A stretch of DNA of 63,859 bases, filler included, from Octopus bimaculoides (lineage: Eukaryota), in NCBI RefSeq assembly GCF_001194135.2. It is 6 parts of 6 records of this genome, joined end to end, with 100 filler letters (N's around TTAATTAATTAA, not from the genome) between each part and the next. Parts side by side here need not be neighbours in the genome. Positions count along the whole stretch, not along the records: positions 33,832 to 57,051 come from NC_069005.1; 5 more parts are not named here. The stretch is one strand, 5' to 3'. The first letter of the stretch is position 1, and every line of letters starts with the position of its first letter. Shown here in pieces: positions 40,830 to 52,345 of the stretch. The position numbers and the translations under genes are program-made. The notes beneath the pieces were generated by a model. That model was given only the letters and a program-made list of their open reading frames with translations. It was not told the origin of the DNA and did no database searches.

Positions 40830-42362
40830 ACTGTAATGGAACTTTCTTTTCAGCCTTTTTAGTTGGCAGAATCATTAGGACACCAGACAAAGTGCTTTGT
40901 GGTATTTTGTCTGTCTTTGAATTTCCCCTTTGGGGTTGATAAAATAAGTACCAGTTGAACACTGGTGTCGATGTAATCAACTTACCCCCTCCTCCAAACT
41001 TGCTGGCATTGTACCAAAATTTGAAACCATTATTATTTTGATGAAAATTCTCAGCTTATTTTGCTAGGTATGATGGAAAGTGTCAGCTGCCCATTATTAT
41101 TATCATCAACCCCAGTACTTGACTGGTACTTATTTCATTGACCCCAAAAGGATGAAAGGCAAAGTTGAACTTGGTAGAATTTTAGGTTCTGAGTTTAAAT
41201 TGTGCTGAGGTCAAATTTGCCTTTCATTCTTTCAGGGTGATGAAATAAGTACCAGTCAAGTACTAGCCCTCTCCTCAACATTTCAGATTTTGCTACTTTA
41301 GTAGAAACGATTATTATTCGAGCTGGCAGAATTGTTAGCATGCCAGACAAAATGCTTAGCATTTCTTCCAGCTTTGTTCTAAGCTCAAATACAACTGAGA
41401 TCAACTTTACCTTTCATGCTTTCAGGGTCCTTGGGTTGATGTAATCAACTATCCCCACCTCTACCAAAATTTCAGTCCTTGTGCCTAGAGTAGAAAACTG
41501 GCAGAATTGTTATCACACCAGACAAAATACTTAACAAATTTTTTTCCTATTCATTCAAATCCTTCCAAGGTTAACTTTGTCTTTCATCCTTTTGGATTGA
41601 TAGAATAAGTACCAGTCAAATACTGGAGCCAATGTCATCTCCCCTCTGACCTTGTGTCAAAAATTAGAATTTTTGTTATTGCTGTTCTGGTGGTAGTGAC
41701 AATAACAACAATAGTTATAATAAAATTACATTTCATTCTTTAATTATCCTCAATGTCTGGCAGACTCATTAGAGCATCAGAGAAAATACTTTGCAGTATT
41801 TTTTCTTGCTGTTTACATTCTGAGATCAAATCCTGCAAAGGTCAAGTTATCTTTTATGCTTTTGGTGTCAAAGTAAAGTATCAGTCAAGTTGATATAATC
41901 AATAATTGACCAACACCTCATCTCAAAATTGTTGGCCTAGCTCCTAAATTAGAAACTGCTATTATTGTTATTATTTTGCCTATCGCTATGTTCTGAATCC
42001 AAATTCCATCAAGGTTGACTTTGCCTTTCATCCTTTCAGGGTTGATAAATTAAGTACCAGTGAAACACTGGGGGTCAATGTGATTGACTAGTCCCCTCCC
42101 CCAAAATTTCAGGCCTTGTGCCTATAGTAGAAAGTATTATTATTACTAAGGCAGACTTGTTAGCACTCTGGGCTAAATGCTTAATGGTATTTTGCCAGTT
42201 GCTACGTTCCAAGTTCAAATTGTGCTGAGGTTGACTTTGCCTTTCATCCTTTTAGGGTCAATAAATTAAGTACCAGTTGAACACTGGGGTTGATATAATC
42301 GACACATCCCCTCCCTCAAAATGGCTGCCCTTGTGGCAAAATTTGAAACCATTATTATTATT
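40830..42362 (+). mobile_element. Head-to-tail cluster of about 6-7 SINE family D copies separated by (TTA)n tails
   Basis: Repeated ...ggcagaattgttagca...tcaaat...ctttgcctttcatcc...ataagtaccag...gatgtaatc...attattatt. Includes one inverted fragment pair at about 41110-41270. Confidence 0.85.
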
Positions 42363-42783
42363 GAAGACATCACACAGTATCTAATATTGTGATGTTGTTG
42401 ATTGAAGATAGTGTCTACCGGAGATTTGTACTGTCTGTCAAGTCACAACAAGGACATCAGACAGACTTCACTTTACACACTATGCATGCAGTTCCAAGTA
42501 ATGCCGACTTTTGAAATACATCTAGATTGTAGGGTATTTCTAAAGTTTCCAAATGTTTCTTCAGGCTGGGTGGTATTGAACCCAATGCTCTGATGACAAT
42601 AGGGACAACCTTTATATTTGACTCTTGTAGCTGCCACATCTTGGCAATCTCAGGCCTCCATATTTATCAGTCTTTTCTCTTTCTTTCATGATAATATGTT
42701 GACCTCCTGGTACTGTCACGTCATTTACTAGGCACTTGTGTTTGTTCCTCCGAAAGGTTACTACATCTAGACTTTGGTGCTCT
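42363..42783 (-). mobile_element. 5'-truncated R4/Dong element (RLE C-terminus plus 3'UTR) in a TAA tract
   Basis: LDVVTF..KCLVNDVTVPG..KEREKTDKY / MWQL..VVPIVIRALG..FQKSALLGTA. (TAA)n on both flanks. Confidence 0.85.
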
Positions 42784-44692
42784 TATTATTATTGTTATTA
42801 TTATTATTATTCACTTTTCCCCTATCTTTAATCATCTGTTACTCCTCTCTCACACTTTTATGAAAGTATCCACTCTCTCCTCTCTCATGACCCACTGTTA
42901 TGCTCACCCTATTGTACCTTGAGAATGTGTTCTAGCCCCTTATCACTACCTTCCTTTTATCTCCTTCAGCTGTGTTTCCTTTACAGCAAGGCACCTGTTC
43001 TTGCCCCTCTGTCATTTTAGCGTTTTAACTCCTGGCATAAAGCTACTCACCTCCTCTTTTCCCTCTCAAAAACTCTCCTCTTACTAGTGGGAGCTTTTTC
43101 TTTTTCCCTCTCTTCTTTTTCTGTCTTGCAAGTTACACAGCCAGTGTCAGTGCCATAGAAAAAGCATACAATACACTCTGTAAAGTGGGTGGCCTTCTTA
43201 ATGCCAACATTAAGAAGGCCACCCACCTATAGAAATCCTGTCAGAGCTAACATTGAAGCCCAATGCAATCTTGCCAGCATGGAAAATGGATGTTAAATGA
43301 TCTCTCTCTCTCTCTCTCTCACAGTAATCCAATACAGAATGGAGAATTATATTCATATGATATTTTATTCACCTACAAATGTTTTAGATGATTCAGTGAA
43401 CTGTATCCAGTACATACCATGGGTTGCATGCTTACTCAATAAAGTAATTGATCTATTATTAATCAACTAATTTATGGAACAGTGATCTTATGAACCATTC
43501 TTGTCAGAGCTTACAAATATCTATTGAATTTTTGGAAGACAGGCACAAGCAGAATTAGTGGAATTGAGTAACTAATAGTTGGCATATTAGATTTCCTCTC
43601 ATTACTTATTATCCCTATAGTGAATTCATATTCCTGGGAGGTATTGGTGTTATTAAATGCTAGTGAAGTCTGTGAGAAAGATATTTAGGAATAGTCAATA
43701 GTAAAGTCTGTTTAATTTAAAGAGAAGGAAGTTAAGTATTTAAGGTTAGCTGAGTGGAAGCCAAAGGAAATAAATTGCCTCTCCAAAATATTTGAGAATT
43801 AGAAGCTAACAAGGATTGAACTTCATGAAATATGATCATATTAAAAAAACAAAAAACGAATTAAGTGCAATAATTCAACTAGAAGGACGAATTAAACTTA
43901 GTAATAACTTGGAAAGGAGTTCATTGTCATTATGATCATCGCTTAATGCCCGCCTTCCATGCTAGCATGGATTGGATGGTTTGACAGGAGATAGGCCATG
44001 CTTCTGTGTCTGTTTTGGCATGGTTTTTACAGCTGGATTCCCTGCAGAGTGGGCTGAGTGCTTTTTACATGGTGCTTGCACAGGCAAGGTCAGCTTTGGC
44101 AAGGTTTTTACTGCTGGATAGCCTTCCAAATGTCAACCACTTTACAGTATGGACCAGATGCTTTTTAAGTGGCACCTACTCTGACAGGATCACCAAGTAA
44201 CTTGCAAGACAAGGAATTTTGAGAGAGGAGGAGGCATTGGAGGAGGTTAGAGTGTGACAGAGAGACAGAAACAGATGTCTTGCTGTAGAGGGAGTACATG
44301 GTTACCCAGCCAAAGAGAGAGAGAGGGAGGTAGGGAGGGAAAGAGGGAGAGAGAGAGTAAGAGTCAGCAACGATGAGGGCAGAAAAAGGTGTTTCTCATA
44401 ACAATATATAGTGGGGAAATTAAAAGTGAGATATATTGCTGTATCCACTACACACATATGTAAAAAGTATCTATGAATATAATTCTACATTATTTATTTA
44501 CTGTTATATTCTGTGATTAAAATCCCAAACTTTTAATTGGTGAGTAACTTTGGATTTACAGTTGTATTTGTTAAATTGTATAAATAGCCTATATGTAGTA
44601 CTATACTCTTTAGTGGACATTCTGTTAGCCAGGTTTATTTCATGGAGTGCTTACTGAGGTATTCTTTTAAGTTATTTAATCCTTAGTTTTCT

Positions 44693-44747
<55 letters not shown>

Positions 44748-45643
44748 ATATATATATAGCAATGTAACTACACATGTGCTGTTGCCAATTTTCTTTTCCT
44801 TCTTTGGACTTTTCCCCTTTCTCCTTTCCAATGAAGAACTATGCTTAAAATGTCAAAAACTCTCTCTTTTTACTGAGTGTCAAGCTATTATATTCCTTAT
44901 TCATGTCCTCTTGTTTGTTAATTTAATTATTTGTTTATTNNNNNNNNNNNNNNNNNNNNNNNNNNNNNNNNNNNNNNNNNNNNNNNNNNNNNNNNNNNNN
45001 NNNNNNNNNNNNNNNNNNNNNNNNNNNNNNNNNNNNNNNNNNNNNNNNNNNNNNNNNNNNNNNNNNNNNNNNNNNNNNNNNNNNNNNNNNNNNNNNNNNN
45101 NNNNNNNNNNNNNNNNNNNNNNNNNNNNNNNNNNNNNNNNNNNNNNNNNNNNNNNNNNNNNNNNNNNNNNNNNNNNNNNNNNNNNNNNNNNNNNNNNNNN
45201 NNNNNNNNNNNNNNNNNNNNNNNNNNNNNNNNNNNNNNNNNNNNNNNNNNNNNNNNNNNNNNNNNNNNNNNNNNNNNNNNNNNNNNNNNNNNNNNNNNNN
45301 NNNNNNNNNNNNNNNNNNNNNNNNNNNNNNNNNNNNNNNNNNNNNNNNNNNNNNNNNNNNNNNNNNNNNNNNNNNNNNNNNNNNNNNNNNNNNNNNNNNN
45401 NNNNNNNNNNNNNNNNNNNNNNNNNNNNNNNNNNNNNNNNNNNNNNNNNNNNNNNNNNNNNNNNNNNNNNNNNNNNNNNNNNNNNNNNNNNNNNNNNNNN
45501 NNNNNNNNNNNNNNNNNNNNNNNNNNNNNNNNNNNNNNNNNNNNNNNNNNNNNNNNNNNNNNNNNNNNNNNNNNNNNNNNNNNNNNNNNNNNNNNNNNNN
45601 NNNNNNNNNNNNNNNNNNNNNNNNNNNNNNNNNNNNNNNNNNN

Positions 45644-45840
45644 CCCCCAACTGACTCCTGTGTTGGTGGCATATAAAAAGCACCCACTACACTCTTGGAG
45701 TGGTTGGTGTTAGGAAGGGCATCCAGCTGTAGAAACCTTGCCAGATCAGATTGGAGCCAACCTACTGGCTTGCCAGTACTCAGTCAAACCATCCAACCCA
45801 TGCCAGCATGGAAAGCGGATGTTAAACAATGATGATGATG
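45644..45840 (+). mobile_element. RTE 3'UTR tail copy
   Basis: Near-identical to 6640-6800, with a (GAT)n tail. Further tail copies at about 1560-1720(-), 11220-11420(-), 14750-14860(-), 43130-43300(+) and 43925-44280(-). Confidence 0.8.
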
Positions 45841-45960
45841 ATATATATATATATAATTCAAGTATAGGATAAAATCTTTATAAGAATTTATCAAGTAGTT
45901 AGCGTGAAAAAACCTCATAAGGGAAAAATCCATCATTTATCCCCTATAAATACACTTATT

Positions 45961-46081
45961 TATATAAGGGCATTACTATACATAAATGCCTCATGCTAAG
46001 AGGGACTCTAAAGCCAATGGTAGTTTGACTTTAGAGTCCCTCTTAGCGTGAGGCATTTATGTATAGTAATGTCCTTATATA
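45961..46081. repeat. Near-perfect hairpin in a TA context
   Basis: 53-bp arms with 2 mismatches (tatataagggcattactatacataaatgcctcatgctaagagggactctaaag) around a short loop. Confidence 0.85.
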
Positions 46082-46179
46082 TATATATATGTTTGATTTT
46101 ATGTTATAATAAAAACAATATTACATTGAACTGATGGATTACTCAGTATGTTTGGTAGAGTACAAATTATTATTCTTTA

Positions 46180-46450
46180 ATAAGAATAGTGTTGACAGTG
46201 CCTTCAAAGTTCCAGTCAGGTAAGCCATGATCAGAGTGTTGTACAGTTGGGTCCATCTTGACTTTATATAGTCTCTATTAGGTTAAAATTTTCTAGGGTA
46301 AGCTTGGCTCTGTTTAATGAGAATTAGGCTGTATGGTAGATGGTGTTGGAGAGATGTTAAGGATAATTTTTATTGATTACATTTGGGGTTTCGTTATTGT
46401 TCAGAATTTATTTTTGCATGTAAAACTTTGTAATTAGGTGTGTTGTCTTT
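46180..46450 (-). mobile_element. Possible Penelope RT remnant
   Basis: Heavily decayed LTLENF..RDY..K..GP...TLIMAYL resembles PLE RT subdomain 4. Confidence 0.35.
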
Positions 46451-46504
46451 AGACCATAGGGGTTCATGAATACTAATGGGATATATATATATATATATAC
46501 ATAT

Positions 46505-46668
46505 ATAACCTTTTGTTTTGAGAATATGAAGGTTAAAGCTCTAAGTTCAGTCCAGTATTTAAACCTTTGTAATTAGGTATGTTTACTTAAGTCTGTCAGC
46601 CTTAAAGATTTAAATATTGGACTAAACATACAGCTTTTAACCTTCATATTCTCAAAACAAAAGGTTAA
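46505..46668. mobile_element. Small foldback MITE with piggyBac-type (TTAA-CC) end
   Basis: aaccttttgttttgagaatatgaaggttaaa is inverted as tttaaccttcatattctcaaaacaaaaggttAA, with a second inner stem. Confidence 0.7.
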
Positions 46669-47520
46669 ATATCCAAATAAAACCAACAACTCAACCTAGT
46701 GACACATCTGTTGACAAAGGCACACCTTCCACCTAAAATACCTTAACAATTTTTCAAGCTGATCACATAGAGAAATTAGTGTTTGACTCCATTTTGGAAT
46801 AGAAAACACCTGTGTTTTAATCCAAAATGGAGATGAACACTAATNNNNNNNNNNNNNNNNNNNNNNNNNNNNNNNNNNNNNNNNNNNNNNNNNNNNNNNN
46901 NNNNNNNNNNNNNNNNNNNNNNNNNNNNNNNNNNNNNNNNNNNNNNNNNNNNNNNNNNNNNNNNNNNNNNNNNNNNNNNNNNNNNNNNNNNNNNNNNNNN
47001 NNNNNNNNNNNNNNNNNNNNNNNNNNNNNNNNNNATATATATATATATATATAGGCATGGCTGTGCGATAAGAAGCTTGCTCCCCAAACCACATGGTTCC
47101 AGGTTCAGTTCCACTGCATGGTACCTTAGTGTCTTCTACTATAGCCTTGGGCCAACCAAAGCCTTGTGAGTGGATTTGTTAGATGGAAACTGAAAGAAGC
47201 CTGTTGTATAATATGTGTGTGTGTGTGTGTGTATGTGCGCGCGTGCGCGTGCGTAGATGTGTGTCTTTGTGTCCATGTTTGTTCTCTGCCACCACTTGAC
47301 AATTGGCGTTGGTGTGTTTACATCCTGGTAACTTATTGATTCAGCAAATGAGACTGATAGAATAAGTACTTGGCTACAAAAAAACTCTGGAGTCAATTTG
47401 TTCAACCAAAACTCTTCAGAGGTTCAGTGACTGAAGCAAATAAATTTAGAGACTTTGAGAAGAGACTGGAAAGAAAACGTTTTTCACAGTAAAGTTAAGT
47501 AGGTAAATGTATGATATATT

Positions 47521-47586
<66 letters not shown>

Positions 47587-47675
47587 TGCATATACACACT
47601 AGCTACAAGCATGTATATATCTTTCATGTTGTTTCCTTATGTTTTATTTTTATTCTTTGTGTTTTTTTTTCACAG

Positions 47676-47797
47676 AGACTGACAGTAACTTCCAGGATTT
47701 TCTAAGCCTTGACCCTAACATTGGTTATGGAACAATATTTAGTTTGAAATCTTTTATTAAGAAGTATGCATTGCATGAAAATAATGGTTTGAGTTGA
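47676..47797 (+). CDS. NTAQ1: NTAQ1/WDYHV1 terminal exon (TDSNFQDFLSLDPNIGYGTIFSLKSFIKKYALHENNGLS*)
   Basis: Acceptor tttttttttcacAG, phase 1, TGA at 47795-47797. Resembles the human C-terminus [23 protein letters not shown] as recalled. AATAAA follows at 47798-47803. Confidence 0.9.
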
Positions 47798-47803
47798 AAT
47801 AAA
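47798..47803 (+). promoter_or_regulatory. Candidate polyadenylation signal of NTAQ1
   Basis: AATAAA directly abuts the TGA stop. Confidence 0.5.
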
Positions 47804-50800
47804 GCTTATTTAACATAGAAATAGTTGTTGTTGTTGTCCCATGTCAGTCATGATTCTGTTTTTCCATACTATTATAGGTTGGTCTATTACTTGAAGAAGA
47901 TTTTTATGGCTAGATACACTTTCTGCTGCCAACTTTTACCTGCATTTTTAAACTAAGTGATGTTTTTATTCCACAAATCTACAAAAGTGCAGATTGACCT
48001 GTGGCAGTGTCAAAAAGAAATGCATCATCACTGTTTAACTCAGAGACAAGCAAAGCCATGTTGTATAAATGCTTATGTTCATTTGTATGCATGCTTTCAA
48101 AAACAAGCACACACACACACGCATGCACAAAAGGCCTCATACAGTTTTCAGAAGACACTTGCCCAAATGCTATGCAGTGGGATTGAACTTGAAACCATAT
48201 GGTTGCAAAGCAAAATTCCCAGTCACACAACCTTGTGAATCAGTGTTTGTGTGTCATAAGAATTTATAAACGTGCAAGAGAATGTGGGATAATTCCTTTT
48301 TGGAATTGGTTTTCAGAGTACATATAAAACTGTAAACAACAGCATGTAAATTTTGGGTTGAAAAACCCTTCTGGATAAAAAGTTGACTTTTTCTCAATAT
48401 TTACATGCTATTATAGCTTTATATGTACTCCAAGAACCAATTTCAAAGATGCAATATATATCATAAACACAAGCACATACATACATACATACATACATAC
48501 ATAGAGGTATGTCTTAGTAGTTACGAAGGTAGCTTTACAATTGTGAAGCCTGAAGTTCAATTTCACAGGGCAGCATCTTGAGTAAGCATCTTTAGATGTA
48601 GTCCTAACTTGATCTGAGCCCTGTAAATGAAATTGGACAGGACAGAAATCGTGGAAGTCTGTCAGATGGACTGTTTTTGCAATTCAAACAATCAGCCTTG
48701 CTTCACACAGTAACTCATAGACTATTCATTTGTGCGTAATAGGTAGTTAGCAAGGGTACATTAAATGCATATTTGTCTGAAATACCCAACCAAATGCACA
48801 CAAGGCAGTTAAATTGATTAAACAACTAATAGAAGATCCCATTAACTGAGTTTTCTTTTTTCTCTTTGGTTATCTAAACAAATGTACATTCTCTAGGTTA
48901 TTCAATACTTTCATTCCTTACCCAAGTCTGACCTCATCACTCCACTCTCCTATTTTTCCCTCCCTGATCTTTGTTTTACTTTTCTGATTGCTCTCTCTAT
49001 TGTCCTCTGTACAATGCACCACTCAGCTTGTGCTCATGCCACAACAAAAAGCCACCAAGTTGTGTTCCTCAAAGTAACAGTTGGGCAAGACAGTCTCTAG
49101 TGCTGGTACTGCAAAATATGAAACGAACAAATACATATAGTTCTGAGTTGCCTTAATTCGACCTCTCTAATACTGGTTACACAAAAGAGACACAGAGTAC
49201 ACTTTGTAAAGGGGTTAGTGATAGTAAGGGCTTCCAGTTATAGAAACCAAGTTAAATGACACATGAGCACCAGTCTCAGAGCAGTAGTTCCCAATAAGTG
49301 GTTCACATCATGATGAACTGTCTAACCCCTTGAAGGAAACTACATAAAACCTATATAGACATTAAAGAGCTCCGTGTGAGTAATCTTGAACTGAAAACTA
49401 TATTAAAAAGTAATACATACAAAAATGTTGTGCGAATTTAAGTGACGAAACAGAGGTAGATAACTCCCTAAATGAAGATATCTCATTTACTGTCAATAGA
49501 AACTACATAAAACCAATATAAACACTAAAGAAAGCTTGATTTCCAACCACATAGTTCTGGGTTCAGTCCCACTGCATTGTAACGTGGGCGACCAAAGCCT
49601 TGTGAATGGATTTGGTAGACGGAAACTGAAAGAATCCCGTCGTATACATTCGTGTGTATTTGTGCTTGTCCCCCACCACCGATTGACGACTAGTGTTGGT
49701 GTGTTTACGACCTCTGTAGCTTAACGTTTCGACAAAAGGGCTCAATAGAATAAGTACTAGGTTTTTAAAAAGTCCTGGAGTCAATTCTATTAAAAAGCCT
49801 TTCAAGGTGGTACCCTCGCATGGCCACAGTCAAATGACTGAAACAAGTAAAAAAGAAAGAAAAATACAAAAATGTTGTGTGACTAAGAGACGTAAAAAAG
49901 GTAGATAACTTCCTGAACGAAGATATCTCAGTTACCCTTAAAGGAGACTTTAAGGGTAACTTAGACATTATAGAGCTCCATGAGAGGAATCTTAAGGTGA
50001 AAACTGCATTAAAAAATATTAGATACAAAAAAATAAAAGTAACTTTACCTGACGAAACAAAGGTAGATAACTCCTTGAATGAAGATATCGCACTTAGCGT
50101 TAACGGAAACTACATAAAACCGATATAGACTTTAAAGAGCTCCATGAGGATATCTTCAACTGAAAATTGTATAAAAAACAGATTAGATCCTATATAGATA
50201 TTAAAGAGCACCAAAATTGTAGAGACAAAAAAGTTGTGATTTTATGTAAAGGAAAAGAAGTAGATAACTCAGTTAATGAAAATATCTTATTTACAGTCAT
50301 TGGAAACTACATAACGCCTACATAGATATTAAAGAGCTCCATGAGAGTAATCTTAATAATACAAAAATCTAGAGATGTTTATATGTACCGAAAATATCTC
50401 AGAAATAGTATATTTTATCTTAATTCTTTTTGCATATTTATTTTCATACTTACCTTCGGCAGTGCAGTACAAATTTTTGTGATATCTGGACCTCTACTTA
50501 ATAATGAAAACGATTAAGCACAATTTTTGTTTGTTATTTCTTGAAGAAAAAAATACATGGCTTTCATGATGTTAACACACATACAGAATACACACACACA
50601 TAATGAATGTCATGGCGTGTCAATCAACACAAACATCCGCTATCTGTGACCTATACATGTAGTCTTCGCGCTCTCTAAGAAAAAAAAAAAAGAAAAAAAC
50701 GAATTTTGACGTACACGATATTTTAAATCATTTTTAACTGAATGTGATTTCAGAAATGTAAGTTGTTTGTACAGTATCTATATTTTAGCTTTTGTAAAAG

Positions 50801-50892
50801 TTGATAGTTGCAATTGAGACATATTTCGCGCCACTACACTTTCTTTAAACAGACAATATTTTAATGTTTTTTTAAAATTATTTTCAAGTGAA

Positions 50893-51331
50893 TGGCGATC
50901 TTTCGCTTGTCATCCGGAGTTCGTTAATTTCTGTAAAATATTTTCATTTATTTACTTTTGTTTTAAAGTTAAAGAGAGGAGAAACTGAAAGATGTATCTA
51001 CGTGTATATGAAATGGACGTGTGTGTGTGAAAGAGGGAGAGAATGAATGAGAGGGTGTGTTATGTATACGTACATACATCAATACATATGCGTACGTTTT
51101 TTTTGTATGTACGTGTGCATGTGAGAGAGAAAGAGAAAATAAATGTGTCTCTTCTCATGCATGTGTAAATGGCACTCTCTCTCACACACATCCATTTCAT
51201 ATACACGTTCATACATCGTTCACTTTCTCTCTTTAACTTTAAAACAAGTAAAAAAAAAATTTAATGGAATTTAACGAACAAAACCAGCTGATCCGAATGA
51301 CAGTTCTGAGAGTCAAAGTGAAAGATCGCCC
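50893..51331. mobile_element. Foldback MITE with GGCGATC termini and a probable 8-bp TSD
   Basis: GGCGATCTTTC at 50894 and GAAAGATCGCC ending at 51330, with long imperfect arms. Flanks CAAGTGAA (50885-50892) and CAAGGGAA (51332-51339) match 7/8. Confidence 0.7.
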
Positions 51332-52345
51332 CAAGGGAACACCATTACAAAATTTATTTTGAGTGCATTCAACGTATCTCAGCCCTAAAGATTTGGCTGC
51401 TATTTCTAGCTCACTCTGCTACCAAGTAACAGCTATTTGCGATAAAGGATCCGAAATACCTGTTACGTGGTAGCAAGGCGTGCAAGACCTAGCAGCCAAA
51501 TCTATCCTTTTCTGAGGGAAAGGAGCCGTTTACGCGTGGCCTTGATGCCACATTCGTTGAAAGCATGCGAAATAATCTGGAAAAGAAGAAAAAACCTACG
51601 AAACATAATTCCACTGCTGGGAAACTCGACTACCCGGGTCCCAGGTAGTCGAGTGTTAAGCTAAAACTATTAAAAATATTAAATAAAAAAAAAGTTCTAT
51701 GACTTCAAGTAACGAAAAAGAGGTAGATAACTCCCTGTATGCAGATCTCTCAACCACCCAAAAGAAAACTACTCAAAATCTATATAGACATTAAAGTGGT
51801 CTAAGAGAGGAATCTTTGGGTTAAAACTGCATTAAAAAATGTTAGATACGAAAAAGTTGTGCGACTTGAAGCACTGAAACAAAGGTAGATAACTCTGAAA
51901 GAAAACTACATAAAACCTATACAGAAGATACAGAGTTCCATAAAAGGAATTCTTGTGTGAAAAGTGCATTAAAAAATGTTGGATATAGAAAATATGTGAG
52001 CTGAAGTGCCGAAACAAGTAGATAGCTTTCTGAATGAAAATATCTCAGTAACTCTTTGAAGAAACTACATAAAATCTACTGAGACAATAAAGAGCTACAT
52101 GAGAAAATCTTTGGGTGCAAATTGCATTGAAAGATATTTGATAGAGAGAAAAGTTGTGTCTTTAAGTGATGAGAAAGTGGTAAGCAACTCCCTGAATGAA
52201 GATATCTCATTTACCCTTAACGGAAACTACATAAAAACCCAAGCAGACTTTAAAGAGCTCCATGAGAGTCATCTTAAACTGAAAACTGCATTAAACAATA
52301 TTTGATACAAAGAAAGTTTTGTGACGAAAAGGCGGTAGATAATTC

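Noticed and set aside
50446-50460. U1 snRNA 5' end (ATACTTACCT)
   Set aside because: Similarity stops after 10 nt; it is just the complement of a splice-donor consensus.
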